Part shown: piece after piece, positions 39,382 through 49,008 of the stretch
Position numbering within the stretch: the stretch's first letter is position 1
Layout of the letters: each line of letters starts with the position of its first letter
Assembly (NCBI GenBank): GCA_963668645.2
Contig: CAXXWC010000010.1
Span: 320,001 to 384,000 of the forward strand
Origin: Desulfobacterales bacterium
GTDB lineage: Bacteria > Desulfobacterota > Desulfobacteria > Desulfobacterales > UBA2174
DNA length: 64,000 nt
Direction: 5' to 3'
The notes under the pieces: model-generated
Seen by the model: the letters and a program-made list of their open reading frames with translations, nothing else
Databases searched by the model: none
Told to the model about the DNA's origin: nothing
Program-made: the position numbers and the translations under genes

Positions 39382-40975
39382 GTACGTATTCACCCCCTCC
39401 CCCCTGGCAGTTGGGGAGAGGGGGGATTTCAGATCCAGGCCAAGTCGGGTTCGTTGCCGGTGACGTAATTGCGGATCAGTTCCACCAATAGTGAGAAGGT
39501 GGCCTTGCCGCGTAATCGGCAAATTTCTTTGAAAGTCAGGATGCGCTCCACCCAGCGGTTGCCTTTTTCGCTGAGGGTGCCCAACGACCGTTTCCGCCAT
39601 AGCACGGCAAAGCGCAGCGACCTTTCGGCGCGGTTGTTAGTCGGCTCGACGCCCTCATGCTCCAGAAAAGTCCAAAGCGAATCGAACTGGCGCACTATCC
39701 GCCGGGCGAGTTTGCCGGCATCGTTTGGGTCGTTTTCGTACAGCGTGAGACTGAAAAGCAGATGCCGGTAGAACGTGTCCCACTGGCACAGGTCTGGCGG
39801 CGCCTTGGCAAAGTGGGTCAGTTCCCGTAAGCGGGCAGCGATGATTTGGCCAAAACGTCTGATGTCCGGTTTGTCGCGTTGGGCCAGCGCATCGGCATCC
39901 CGGATCAGGTGAGCCAGGCAGGTTTGCCGGTCGTTGATCCAGTTTTTGTAAACCCCGTAGCCGTCGCTGATCAGAATCCCGTCCCAGGATTCGACCAGTT
40001 TCAGGAACGCTTCCTTGGAACGGTGATCGTCAATGCGGTACAAGGCAGCATCGGCGTTGACCATGGCCCAAAGCCATTGCAGGGCGTGTTGTTTGAAAAA
40101 GGAGGTTTCGTCGATGCAGTTGGCCGCGGCGCTTCGGACCCTATCGGCGTTTTTCTGATACGGGACCGCCAGCGCTGCCGAAGCCCGATCGACGATCTTC
40201 TGGATGGTGCCGGTGGCGATCGGCAGCCCGAGCACCGAGGCGCAAAAGCATTGCACATCAACGCGGCTCATGGCCCGGATACCGCTCAGTTCGGCGATAA
40301 GGGCACTCAGACGCGGGCCGCAGCCGGTCTGCGCCTCGGGCGGCAACTGCGCCCTGACGGTTTTTCCGCAGTTCGGACATCTGCACTTGTTGAGCACGTA
40401 GTGGGTGATGTCCAGTTGGATCGGCGGCAGCTCGATGTGCTGATGCGTGTGAAACGGCTGTAAAGGCTGGCCGGTGAAGTCCTGACAGCCGCAAGTGCAG
40501 CGTTCGGGCAACAGATTCTCTACCCGGGTCGGTTCCAGCATTTGCTGCTGATGGGCGTTGTGACCTTTCTGGCCTCCCTTGGCGCGCTTGCTTTTGGGCC
40601 GCTTGCGTTCGGGGCGCTTGAAAGGGGCGTCGGACGACGGTGGTTTGCTGGAATTGGTCGAATTTTTACGCGTCTGAACTTCCAGCTTTTCGATGCGCAC
40701 TTCATGGCTCTGGAGCTGCTGTTGGGTATCGAACAGGGCGCGTTCCAGCGCCAAGATATACTGGCGCACGGACTCAGGAGTCAGATGCCAATCCAGGTCG
40801 GAGAATGTTCTTGTCGGTGCCATGAAAGGCACCATAGCATATAATAAAGAAAAAGTCTAGCGAAATTATAACGTTATATCAGATAGTTATAAATTTGTTG
40901 TTTTTTTGAAAAAACTTACCGGGTCATGTGCTGGGGTTGCAGCCGATTGCCTGGGGGTACCCCGTGAATACGTAC
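39382..40975 (-). mobile_element. IS66-family element, single-ORF (ISBst12-like) type
   Basis: Perfect 12-bp IR GTACGTATTCAC; 8-bp target duplication CGTAAATG at 39374-39381 and 40976-40983. Confidence 0.93.
39429..40835 (-). CDS. IS66-family transposase
   Basis: NSTNSSKPPSSD, GGQKGH, IDET, SDGY, QTCLAHLIR, PTNNRAERSLR. Confidence 0.95.
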   Translation of the reverse strand: MVPFMAPTRTFSDLDWHLTPESVRQYILALERALFDTQQQLQSHEVRIEKLEVQTRKNSTNSSKPPSSDAPFKRPERKRPKSKRAKGGQKGHNAHQQQMLEPTRVENLLPERCTCGCQDFTGQPLQPFHTHQHIELPPIQLDITHYVLNKCRCPNCGKTVRAQLPPEAQTGCGPRLSALIAELSGIRAMSRVDVQCFCASVLGLPIATGTIQKIVDRASAALAVPYQKNADRVRSAAANCIDETSFFKQHALQWLWAMVNADAALYRIDDHRSKEAFLKLVESWDGILISDGYGVYKNWINDRQTCLAHLIRDADALAQRDKPDIRRFGQIIAARLRELTHFAKAPPDLCQWDTFYRHLLFSLTLYENDPNDAGKLARRIVRQFDSLWTFLEHEGVEPTNNRAERSLRFAVLWRKRSLGTLSEKGNRWVERILTFKEICRLRGKATFSLLVELIRNYVTGNEPDLAWI

Positions 40976-41252
40976 CGTAAATGTACGGGGCTTTGCCCGA
41001 GTTGTCCGATTCTTGATGAAGCCGTTTGACGCCAGGCATCTTTTCGGCTTCCTTCGAGATTTTGATACCGTCGCCGACCAGTACCAACCGGCCGTCGATG
41101 GTCACCGGGAGGCAGCATTCGAGCACGATCTGCCACCAGTGACGCATGATGGCGGCAAGGTTCCAGGACTTGGCTCGGAAAACAAAAGCATCGTCGTGTA
41201 CAGCTTGGGCCGCAACCCGAGCCAGCGCACAAAGGAACTGGCACCGCACTGA

Positions 41253-41783
41253 TCAATACGTACGGTAAAGCCCATCACCACGGTCACGAACCAGTAATAG
41301 GCCGCCTGGCGTGAAAAACAGCGTCTTGCGCGACAGTACAAACGATGAGCATAGCAGTGCCGATTGGACAACTATGGAAGCCAGCAGCATACTGCAGCGA
41401 TCGAAAAAGCCCAGATACGACAGCCCCACGTGGCAACCGGTTTTGCCCTGGCGCTTTTTAGGTTTGCGGCCCTTGCGAGCGTGCGCTGGGGCAAAATACG
41501 GGGATCGGATCGATAGGTTGCGGCCTGTCAGCAGTCGGATGCTGGTGGTTTTATACCCCTTGAAGCGTAGTGCGGATTTGCCTGCTACCGCTTTAAGATG
41601 GGCGATAAAATCACGTTGGTTCAACCGCTGTTGGATGTGGGTGACAACCAGTTTTTCGATAAATACCAGCAGCAACGTACGCAACTGCACCAGCAGTCGG
41701 TTGATGTCGGCGTGTTGGTGAAACCGGGCAATAGCCCCCTCGATGTCCCGTTGCAGGCGTTGACAATCTACCGTAATCTCCAT
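41253..41783 (-). CDS. Hypothetical IS-associated ORF (3' end likely frameshifted)
   Basis: Lies between the DUF4338 ORF and the transposase, same strand. Confidence 0.5.
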   Translation of the reverse strand: MEITVDCQRLQRDIEGAIARFHQHADINRLLVQLRTLLLVFIEKLVVTHIQQRLNQRDFIAHLKAVAGKSALRFKGYKTTSIRLLTGRNLSIRSPYFAPAHARKGRKPKKRQGKTGCHVGLSYLGFFDRCSMLLASIVVQSALLCSSFVLSRKTLFFTPGGLLLVRDRGDGLYRTY

Positions 41784-41837
41784 GCGGCCTCGCAGATAGC
41801 AGGTATGCGTTTTCCTGCCGCTGCGATGGCTGCCGGC

Positions 41838-42704
41838 TCAATGCCCGGCGCATAATCGCTGCTTGAAGTCGGCTGCCAGCGGATATACGTACAGGTCTTT
41901 GACAGGCACGTTGAGCCGTTTGTAGCGGTCCTGGCGGCTGCGGCCTTTGGTCTGGCCGATTCGAACCCAGTTGGCAGCCTGATAGCAGGTGCCGGCAAAA
42001 CGGGATCGATCCACGAACGTTTCCACCAAACAAAGACCGTGGCCGTAGCGCTGCTTCCAATCGCCCTGCAGCCGGCGCATGCAGGCGCCCAGGATAAAAC
42101 TGGCCAGGTTGGCCACCCTGACCCAGGGCAAAATCAAAAACCGGGTGTTGTTGGTCAGCAGCTTGAGGTTTTGCTTTCGGGTGGTCCGATCCCAACCGAT
42201 GAACCGGTCCCGGGCGTCCGTTTTCCATGCCGCCGAGCCGAACAGCAGGCAGCCCACCGGGCGATTGCGAGCGTCGTAGACCATGTACTTGAGGTGTTCA
42301 CCGACATGTCCGAGGCAGCCCAAATAATGGTACCGATCCATCAGGCAATGGAACAACTGGTCAGTGTCCCCGCGCCCTTCGACCAGCAAGAGCCGGATCG
42401 GCCGCAGATCATTGATGGGCGATTCGATGGGCTCAATACTGTGGGCGATGTCGCGGATGCGCCGGCACCTGTTGTGGCAATTTTTTGCCGGTGGCAGTGC
42501 GATCAACTGGCGTTGCTCGAGTTTTCGGAGCATCGAACGGCAGGCCATATCCTTGAGCACGCCTGTATCCGTGCGCCAGTTCCACAACCGGCAAATTTCG
42601 ACAGACAGCCGGGTGCGGTTCCAGTCTGAATGCTCGGCCATCAGACGACGGGTCAACTCAACGTCGCCTTCCGAGATCTGGCGCCCTTGGATAATCATGC
42701 TCAT
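41838..42704 (-). CDS. DUF4338-domain protein (IS passenger)
   Basis: RYHYLG, RDRFIGW, NNTRFLILPW, NLAS, ETFVD, GTCYQAANW. Confidence 0.88.
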   Translation of the reverse strand: MSMIIQGRQISEGDVELTRRLMAEHSDWNRTRLSVEICRLWNWRTDTGVLKDMACRSMLRKLEQRQLIALPPAKNCHNRCRRIRDIAHSIEPIESPINDLRPIRLLLVEGRGDTDQLFHCLMDRYHYLGCLGHVGEHLKYMVYDARNRPVGCLLFGSAAWKTDARDRFIGWDRTTRKQNLKLLTNNTRFLILPWVRVANLASFILGACMRRLQGDWKQRYGHGLCLVETFVDRSRFAGTCYQAANWVRIGQTKGRSRQDRYKRLNVPVKDLYVYPLAADFKQRLCAGH

Positions 42705-42838
42705 GAGGCCACTGTACACAATGGAGCCGTTAGAGTCCAGATCGAATTTTCAAAGATCAACGACAACGCCACCAGCACCGGCAAGCCGGAGCCGACAATC
42801 GGCCTCAGGGGAAAGTGCCCCTAAATGGGATTGCACCT

Positions 42839-42860
42839 TTCCTGCTTTCGCAGGAATGAC
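42839..42860 (+). repeat. REP/RS3-like palindrome
   Basis: TTCCTGC-TTTC-GCAGGAA-TGAC, single copy in window. Confidence 0.5.
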
Positions 42861-42876
42861 GTGAAAAAGCAAATCG

Positions 42877-43101
42877 GTGAAACCAAGCCGCCTATTTGAG
42901 ATTGAACGGCCCGAAATATAGAGAATAAGAGAACAATCAAGGGTGTCGCAAAATGATTTTGCAATGATGATCGGCGTCAGCGTTCGAACCTTACAGAATT
43001 GGGAACAGGGTCGACGTTCCCCTGACGGCCCGGCAAAGGCTTTACTTCGCGTTGCGTCCCGAAATCCTCAGGCTGTACTTGATGCATTGCATGCCGAATA
43101 G
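42877..43101 (+). pseudogene. HigA/NadS-like HTH antitoxin, truncated with internal stop
   Basis: SQNDFAMMIGVSVRTLQNWEQGRRSPDGPAKALL; in-frame TAG near 42919; N-terminus missing. Confidence 0.8.
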
Positions 43102-43563
43102 GTTCGGCATCTTTTCACCATCGGCATGGACGGATTCGGTCGCATATTGGCGAAAGTCGAAAAGGGGCAGGAGCGGGACGATGGGCAGTAATTCAGCAAA
43201 ATTCACAACAGCTATTAGGATATGATGTTTATGGAACACTTCTGTTATTAAATAGGGCAAGCCCAATCGGGTAAGGAAAAATCTCTCTTCCCCGCGCCAA
43301 CCACATAATATGCGGGTCTACCCCAAGGGCACTTCCGATACGGTGTCTGTCAAGGTAGATGTCGCCTTTTTTGGAAAAACATTCTCAAAGCTGGCGGCCA
43401 TGTTCCACATCATCTGCGCGGTAGCCTCCAGCCTTGGCAATGTCAAGGGTCAAGATGAACGCTGCGCGCCCTTGACATTGCCAAGGCTTCCGGCTCGTGG
43501 GCTCATATCGAGATGATTGGCATCATCTCGATTTTTCAATCGCTCTTTGAAAATCATTTCTCA

Positions 43564-44631
43564 TCACGCGGCCTTTGAACAAGCCGATACGTTGGGTTGT
43601 CCGTTGTCCGGGCAGTTCAGCCAGACTTGCCGGATCGGTTCCCAGTTGCGCGTTGAGCCGCTCCACCGATCGTGCCGACGTTTTTTGGCCTGTTCATAGA
43701 TCTGGTGGCGACTGGCAAGGATCTCGATGTCTTTTCCCGTATGACGCTGGTCGGGGGTGACATATCGAATCGCGCTGTGGCGGTGTTGCTCGTTGTACCA
43801 TTTAACGAAACGGTCCACCCACTGCCGGGAGGCTTCAATGCTTTCAAATCCCTTGACCGGATATTGCGGACGATATTTGAAGGTGCGAAACAGCGCTTCC
43901 GAGTAAGGGTTGTCATTGCTCACTCTCGGCCGGCTGTAGGACGGGGTTACACCCAGCGCCTCCATTTTCGCTTTCATGGTAAAGCCCTTTTGAGCACTCC
44001 CATTGTCTGCATGCAGCACGGGCGGATCAAGCAGGCACCCCTGGGCCATAACCGCCTTGTGAAGCAACGATGCGGCAAGGTTGGCGCTTTCCATCGGTTG
44101 GACTTCCCAACCGACGATTTTCCGGCTGTAAACATCCACAATCATGTACAGGTAATAGAACATGCCCCGGATTGGTGATGGCAGCCACGTTATATCCCAA
44201 CTCCAGACCTGATTCGGCCCTGTGGCGCAATAGCCCGCTGGGCGCTTATGGTGATGCGGTTTGGCACTCCTGCCGCGGTGATGTTGTTCATCGGCGTCAC
44301 GAAGGATCCGGTAAAAACTCGATTCGGACGCGATATAGATACCCTGATCGGCCAGGATGGGCACGATCTGGCCTGGGGCCAGACTGGCATATTCAGGCTG
44401 GTGACAGACATCCAGAACTTGCTGCCTTTCTTTTAGTGTCAGTTTATTTGCCGGTTCCGGCCGCGCGATGGTCGAACGGGTGTCCGGTTGGACTTCTCCG
44501 CTTCGGGTCCAGCGCTGGTAGGTTCGGATACTGATATCAATTACCCGACAGGCCTGCGCCAAGCGGGCACCATCGCGGCACGCGTCATTGATCAGCGATA
44601 CAGTTTTACGGCGATCAGCGGTGCTGATCAT
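43564..44631 (-). CDS. IS3-family transposase OrfB (rve integrase core)
   Basis: PNQVWSWDIT, HADNG, DNPYSEALFRT, WYN..HRH. Confidence 0.95.
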   Translation of the reverse strand: MISTADRRKTVSLINDACRDGARLAQACRVIDISIRTYQRWTRSGEVQPDTRSTIARPEPANKLTLKERQQVLDVCHQPEYASLAPGQIVPILADQGIYIASESSFYRILRDADEQHHRGRSAKPHHHKRPAGYCATGPNQVWSWDITWLPSPIRGMFYYLYMIVDVYSRKIVGWEVQPMESANLAASLLHKAVMAQGCLLDPPVLHADNGSAQKGFTMKAKMEALGVTPSYSRPRVSNDNPYSEALFRTFKYRPQYPVKGFESIEASRQWVDRFVKWYNEQHRHSAIRYVTPDQRHTGKDIEILASRHQIYEQAKKRRHDRWSGSTRNWEPIRQVWLNCPDNGQPNVSACSKAA

Positions 44632-45122
44632 TCGTCCTCGGGGGCCCCCCAGATCGCCTGGACTTTTTTTTGCAGCACCAGCAGGGCTGCCGCTTCGGCA
44701 AGGGCCTTGTCCTTGCGATGGAGTTCTTTTTCAAGATCCCTGATACGCTTACGGTGGGTATTCTGCTCGGCCTTGAGTTTAATGTTGGCCTGTCTGTCCC
44801 AGTCGTTGGCATCTTCACAGGCCCTGCGCCATTGTTCCAACTGATGTGGATAAATGCCTTTTTGTCTACAGTATTCGGCCGTTTGCTGTTCGTTCAAAGA
44901 GGCGCTTTCCATGACAGCCGCGAACTTGTCACGGGCATTCCAGCCCTCGGGACCGGCATCGCCGTCAGGCATCAAAATCCCTTTCGTCCGGGCTTGCTGG
45001 CGCCAATTGTATAACGTGGCTTCACTTATGCCTTCTTCGACAGCCAGATGTTTGATCGTTCGGTTGTGCGGCGGCATCATCTTTTTGAGAACCGCTTCCT
45101 TACGCTCTGGTGAATATCGCAT
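44628..45122 (-). CDS. IS3-family OrfA
   Basis: HTH EGISEATLYNW; A8G slippery run at 44663-44671; ATGA overlap with orfB. Confidence 0.92.
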   Translation of the reverse strand: MRYSPERKEAVLKKMMPPHNRTIKHLAVEEGISEATLYNWRQQARTKGILMPDGDAGPEGWNARDKFAAVMESASLNEQQTAEYCRQKGIYPHQLEQWRRACEDANDWDRQANIKLKAEQNTHRKRIRDLEKELHRKDKALAEAAALLVLQKKVQAIWGAPEDE

Positions 45123-45464
45123 GCATGAACCTCCTGCGCCCCTCTTATAAAGGATCTCAGTTCATGCGACAACTATCCTGACACAGGGGGGATAGGCACA
45201 CTATCGCGGTACGCAAAACTTACCGGGCCCGTAGCCGAGTAGTGGATTTTTACCCACAGTTCTTTGACAGATACCAGTCCCTGATCCTTCAGCCAATGGT
45301 TGGTCATACCTCTCTGGGCGGATCTGGTCCCACCGGGTGCGGGCAGCATCCCCGGAGACTTGGCCTTGTATGATGTTTCTGTTCCCCGGATCAGGTCCGG
45401 GGCAGGCTTGGCTCACAGCTTTGCGCTCGGGCTTCCTTCGGGCGCCCCCCCTCGCGGGAACGCC

Positions 45465-47385
45465 CATGGTGATTTCGTGCTGATTCGATAAGCCATTAAA
45501 CTCCAAGTGGTTATCAAAACATCTGGACAACCCCTTGATATTCAGTTATATAGCTCCCCGGCAGGTCATCTTTCGTTAATGGGGGGCGATGTGTTGTATC
45601 TCAAACAAGTCGTTGTTCGGTTAGTTCGCCGGAATCAAGATCAGCGCTTCCAGAGCTTGATGCACCGGCATCATTACTTGGGCGCCTTGCCCAAAATCGG
45701 TGAAACCCTGCGATATGCGGCCTGTATCGGTGATCAATGGGTCGGCTTGGTCAGCTTTTCCGCTCCCGCCCTCAAATGTGCTGCTCGCGATCAGTGGATC
45801 GGTTGGCCCTTTAACCATCAGTTCGATCGGCTCAATTTGTTGACCAACAACAGCCGTTTTCTGATCCTGCCCGACTGGCATCTGCCAAACATGGCCTCGC
45901 GCATCCTGGCCTTGTGCCGAAAAAGACTGCCCGCCGACTGGCAAGCCGCTTTCGGACATCCCGTGCTGTTGCTCGAAACCTTCGTCGATCCCGCGCGCTT
46001 CAAGGGAACCATCTATAAAGCCGACAACTGGACTGCGGTCGGAAACTCCAAAGGCTTTCATCGGCACGCCAAAGGATACAGCGACACGGCCGACTCACCC
46101 AAAATGGTTTTTGTCAAACCGTTGCGCCCCGATGCGCAAACCCTCTTGTCACAGACCATGCTGCCACCGCTTTATCAAACAGGAGATCCTAAAATCATGC
46201 TGCCGGCTCAACACATGCAATCTTTGCCCCGATTTTTCGCCGACATCCCCGATCCGCGACGTCCCCAAGGCCGACGCCATCGTCTGGCAACCGTTTTGGC
46301 CATCGCCGCCGCAGCAACCCTGTGTGGCATGCGCGGCTACCAGGCCATCTCCGATTGGGCCAACAGCCTCGGACAAAAAGCACGCCGGCGCTTCCAATGC
46401 CGCTACCGAAACGGCCCTACAGCGTGCCGAGTCTGTCGATCATCCGCGATGTGCTCATCCGGGTCGATCCGGCACGCCTCGACGACGCCCTGCAAAAATG
46501 GAACAGCATCCACGCCGGCTGCGACCAATGCCTGGCCATCGATGGCAAAACCATGTGCAACGCCATTGACGATCAAGGCTATCAGACCCACATCATGAGC
46601 GTTGTCGGCCATACCACCAGTGCCTGCTACACCCAAAAAAAGTCGGCAACCTGGCCGTAGACGACCAAAAGGTCAAGCGCACCAACGAAATCAAGACCGC
46701 CCAGCCCCTGCTCGATGCCATCAAGATCGAAAACAAAGACATCACCGCCGATGCCCTGCTGACACAGAGAAAGTTCGCCGAATACATCGTCGAGCAGCGC
46801 GGCGCCCACTACCACTTCACCGTCAAAAACAACCAGCCCGGACTGTTCGACGACATCGGTCTGTACTTCAAAGACCGCGGCCAACCCGATTTCATCCTTT
46901 GCGACCCGCCCGACCACGGCCGCATCGAAGAGCGCAAGATCTGGACCACCACCGAACTCAACGAGTTTCTCGACTTTCCTCACGTCCAACAAGCTTTTGT
47001 CATCGAACGCCGATGCACGGACAAAAAAAGCGGCAAACAATCATTTGAGATTGCTTACGGTATCACCAGTAGACCTGCCGAGCAGGCCGACGCCCGATGC
47101 CTGCTGGCCATAAACCGCGGCCATTGGTGCATCGAAAACAAATGCCATTACATCATCGACTGGAACTTCGACGAAGACCGCAGCCGTATCCGCAAAGGCC
47201 ACGGGCCTGAAAATATCACCCGGTTGCGCCGCTTTGCCGTAAGCGCAATTAAATCCAAAGGTGTGCGCAGCGTGGCGCAAAAAATGCGCCAACTGGCTCG
47301 CAACGTCCGCTTGGTCTTCGACTATCTGGCCATGACTGACAACTGCCGGCCGACCGCAACACGGGCATAGAACAAATTCACCGTG
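45465..47385 (+). mobile_element. ISAs1-family element
   Basis: IR CATGGTGATTTCGT / ACAAATTCACCGTG; 10-bp duplication CGGGAACGCC at 45455-45464 and 47386-47395. Confidence 0.92.
45579..47370 (+). pseudogene. DUF4338-ISAs1 transposase fusion, two frameshifts
   Basis: DUF4338 N-terminus, then IPDPRRPQGRRH, AIDGK, TNEI, ITADAL, HGRIE.R, HWCIEN; shifts near 46412 and at A7G 46635-46642. Confidence 0.85.
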
Positions 47386-47486
47386 CGGGAACGCCCTTGC
47401 CGTCGGCTAATGTTTATGTTAATGATTACAATCATTAACAGGGTTCATACATAGGCGGCTTGCACCCCATTAGTTGGCCATAAAAA

Positions 47487-47975
47487 ATGAGAATAAAACA
47501 AGCACAAACAAAAACAGAAATTGAAGAGGTGCGTAAGCTTTTCCAGGAATACGAGGCATTTCTTAATGTCGATCTGTGTTTTCAAAGCTTTGAGGATGAG
47601 CTTGCCAATTTGCCCGGAAGGTACTCACGCCCAAATGGAGATCTCCTTATAGGTCTTGACGGGGAAAGAGCAGTCGGGTGTGTTGCGATTCGTAAGCTGG
47701 ACGACGGTGTGTGCGAAATGAAGCGTCTTTTTGTCAGACCAATTGCAAGAGGTACGGGCTTGGGCAGAAGACTTGCTCAGGAGATTATTGTTATCGCACG
47801 AGAACTTGGTTACTCATTGATGCGACTCGATACCCTCGAAAGGCTCACAGAAGCTATGCATCTTTATGAGACGTTCGGCTTCAGAAAAATTGAACCATAC
47901 TATGAGAATCCACTTCCCGGTGTCGTATACTGGGAGTTGGCGTTGAGGGAGGAAAAAACTCTGCCAATCGGATAA
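47487..47975 (+). CDS. GNAT acetyltransferase (cassette-like)
   Basis: CEMKRLFVRP.ARGTGLG, MRLDTL; preceded by GTTGGCC core-like site. Confidence 0.92.
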   Translation: MRIKQAQTKTEIEEVRKLFQEYEAFLNVDLCFQSFEDELANLPGRYSRPNGDLLIGLDGERAVGCVAIRKLDDGVCEMKRLFVRPIARGTGLGRRLAQEIIVIARELGYSLMRLDTLERLTEAMHLYETFGFRKIEPYYENPLPGVVYWELALREEKTLPIG

Positions 47976-48048
47976 GGGGGAGTTTCTCTCTCCCCATATG
48001 ATTACAACCAGTAACAGGGTTCACACATAGGGGACTTACGCCCCATAA
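47967..48048 (-). mobile_element. Group IIC intron remnant C (82-bp internal deletion derivative)
   Basis: 3' end GGGAGAGAGAAACTCCCCCTTATCCGAT joined directly to a 5' segment near-identical to 47420-47472. Confidence 0.75.
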
Positions 48049-48058
48049 GAAATCAACA

Positions 48059-48562
48059 ATGCAACTCATCACAGAAACTTCTCGTCTAAAATTAGTTGAA
48101 ATAACTGAAAACGATTCTATCCTATTATTCCTGCTAACAGGGAATGAAAGTGTAATGGAGTATTCCCCAGGTGTGCTCAGTTACGAAGAGACTCTGGAAA
48201 TGGTTCAAAAAATCCTCCACCATTACGCTGAATACGGCTATTGTTTCTGGAAGGTTTTTCTTAAACCTGACGACCAATTCGTTGGTATTGCGGGTCTTCT
48301 GCATCAAGTGATTGACAATGAAAGAGAAATTGAGATTTCGTATCGCATATTGCCGAACCACTGGAAAAATGGTTACGCCACAGAAGCTGCGAAGGCTTGT
48401 AAAGAATATGCTGAAACCAAATTAGGGGAAAAGAGGTTAATTTCTTTAATCAATCCTGAAAATAACGCTTCAAAGCGGGTGGCACAAAAACTAGGGGCAG
48501 AAAAATTGAAATCAACTATATTTATAGGAGTAAAGCACGACGTCTATTTATACAAACAATGA
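48059..48562 (+). CDS. GNAT acetyltransferase, RimJ/RimL-like (cassette-like)
   Basis: ETSRL, EISYRI...WKNGYATEAA, N.ASKRVA.KLG. Confidence 0.92.
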   Translation: MQLITETSRLKLVEITENDSILLFLLTGNESVMEYSPGVLSYEETLEMVQKILHHYAEYGYCFWKVFLKPDDQFVGIAGLLHQVIDNEREIEISYRILPNHWKNGYATEAAKACKEYAETKLGEKRLISLINPENNASKRVAQKLGAEKLKSTIFIGVKHDVYLYKQ

Positions 48563-48568
48563 AAATTT

Positions 48569-48613
48569 GCACAACAAATCGTTTGAAAATTGACACACAA
48601 AAAACGCGCACGG
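48569..48613 (+). other. Left half of an attC-like site
   Basis: GCACAAC (R''-like) AAATCG.. 6 bp after the stop codon; right arm and R' not recognisable. Confidence 0.45.
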
Positions 48614-48761
48614 TATCGACCATTTGACGAAATAGATTTTTGAACCATATACAACTGATAATGCAAATTATCGCGACCGTGAATGCGAACACGTCGCCTC
48701 AAAAAATATATGGAAAATAGAACCTGAAAAATAACTTTATAACCGCAATATTGGCTCGAAA

Positions 48762-48992
48762 ATGCTGCGTGAAGAGAAATCTAACGATACCTTTGGTTGT
48801 GGCTTCAATAGGCGCAAATATGCCGGTGACGCGAAGCGCTGTAGAGAGCTCGGCCTGGACTTCAACATCCACTGCATGGGGCCTGAACGCATCAAGCGCT
48901 ATCTAAAAAGGAAATACGATGTCGAGATAGACATCGAAGGAAAGGACCGCTTTGACATCACCCGAGAAGCCCAGGCCATCATCTACGGCTAA
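48762..48992 (+). CDS. Hypothetical protein or fragment
   Basis: 76-aa ORF, same strand as neighbours, no recognised motif. Confidence 0.35.
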   Translation: MLREEKSNDTFGCGFNRRKYAGDAKRCRELGLDFNIHCMGPERIKRYLKRKYDVEIDIEGKDRFDITREAQAIIYG

Positions 48993-49008
48993 GAAGGAAA
49001 AGTGACAA

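Larger units (their letters stand above)
38516..41371 (-). pseudogene. IS701/IS4-like transposase, frameshifted and split by IS66
   Basis: LVGDGIKISKE..KMPGV..HQES.NSGK.PYIYG | HHWG, LDAYF, GRPGRPRVYG; frameshifts including A8 at 39325-39332. Confidence 0.75.
38492..42740 (-). mobile_element. Degenerate multi-ORF IS (DUF4338 ORF, hypothetical ORF, IS701/IS4-like transposase) interrupted by IS66
   Basis: Imperfect ends CTGCAGTCTAA / TTAGAGTCCAG; transposase in several frames; boundaries approximate. Confidence 0.6.
43341..45190 (-). mobile_element. IS3-family element
   Basis: 25-bp imperfect IR with core TGTCA.G.TAG.TGTCGC; 4-bp duplication GATA at 43337-43340 and 45191-45194. Confidence 0.88.
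43266..47475 (-). mobile_element. Group IIC(-attC) intron remnant A, RT ORF largely deleted, containing IS3 and ISAs1 insertions
   Basis: 3' end ...CCTTACCCGAT with DV/DVI-like sequence; RT tail GMTNHWLKDQGLVSVKELWVKIHY at ~45240-45310; 5' RNA segments TAGCCGACGGCAAGGGCG and GGGGTGCAAG. Confidence 0.8.

Noticed and set aside
41838..46190. Druantia anti-phage system suggested by DUF4338/DruA-like ORFs
   Set aside because: Both copies lie inside IS elements; no DruE-type helicase or other Dru genes in the window.
47420..48048. CRISPR-like direct repeats
   Set aside because: Only two imperfect copies about 580 bp apart, explained by intron remnants; no cas genes.
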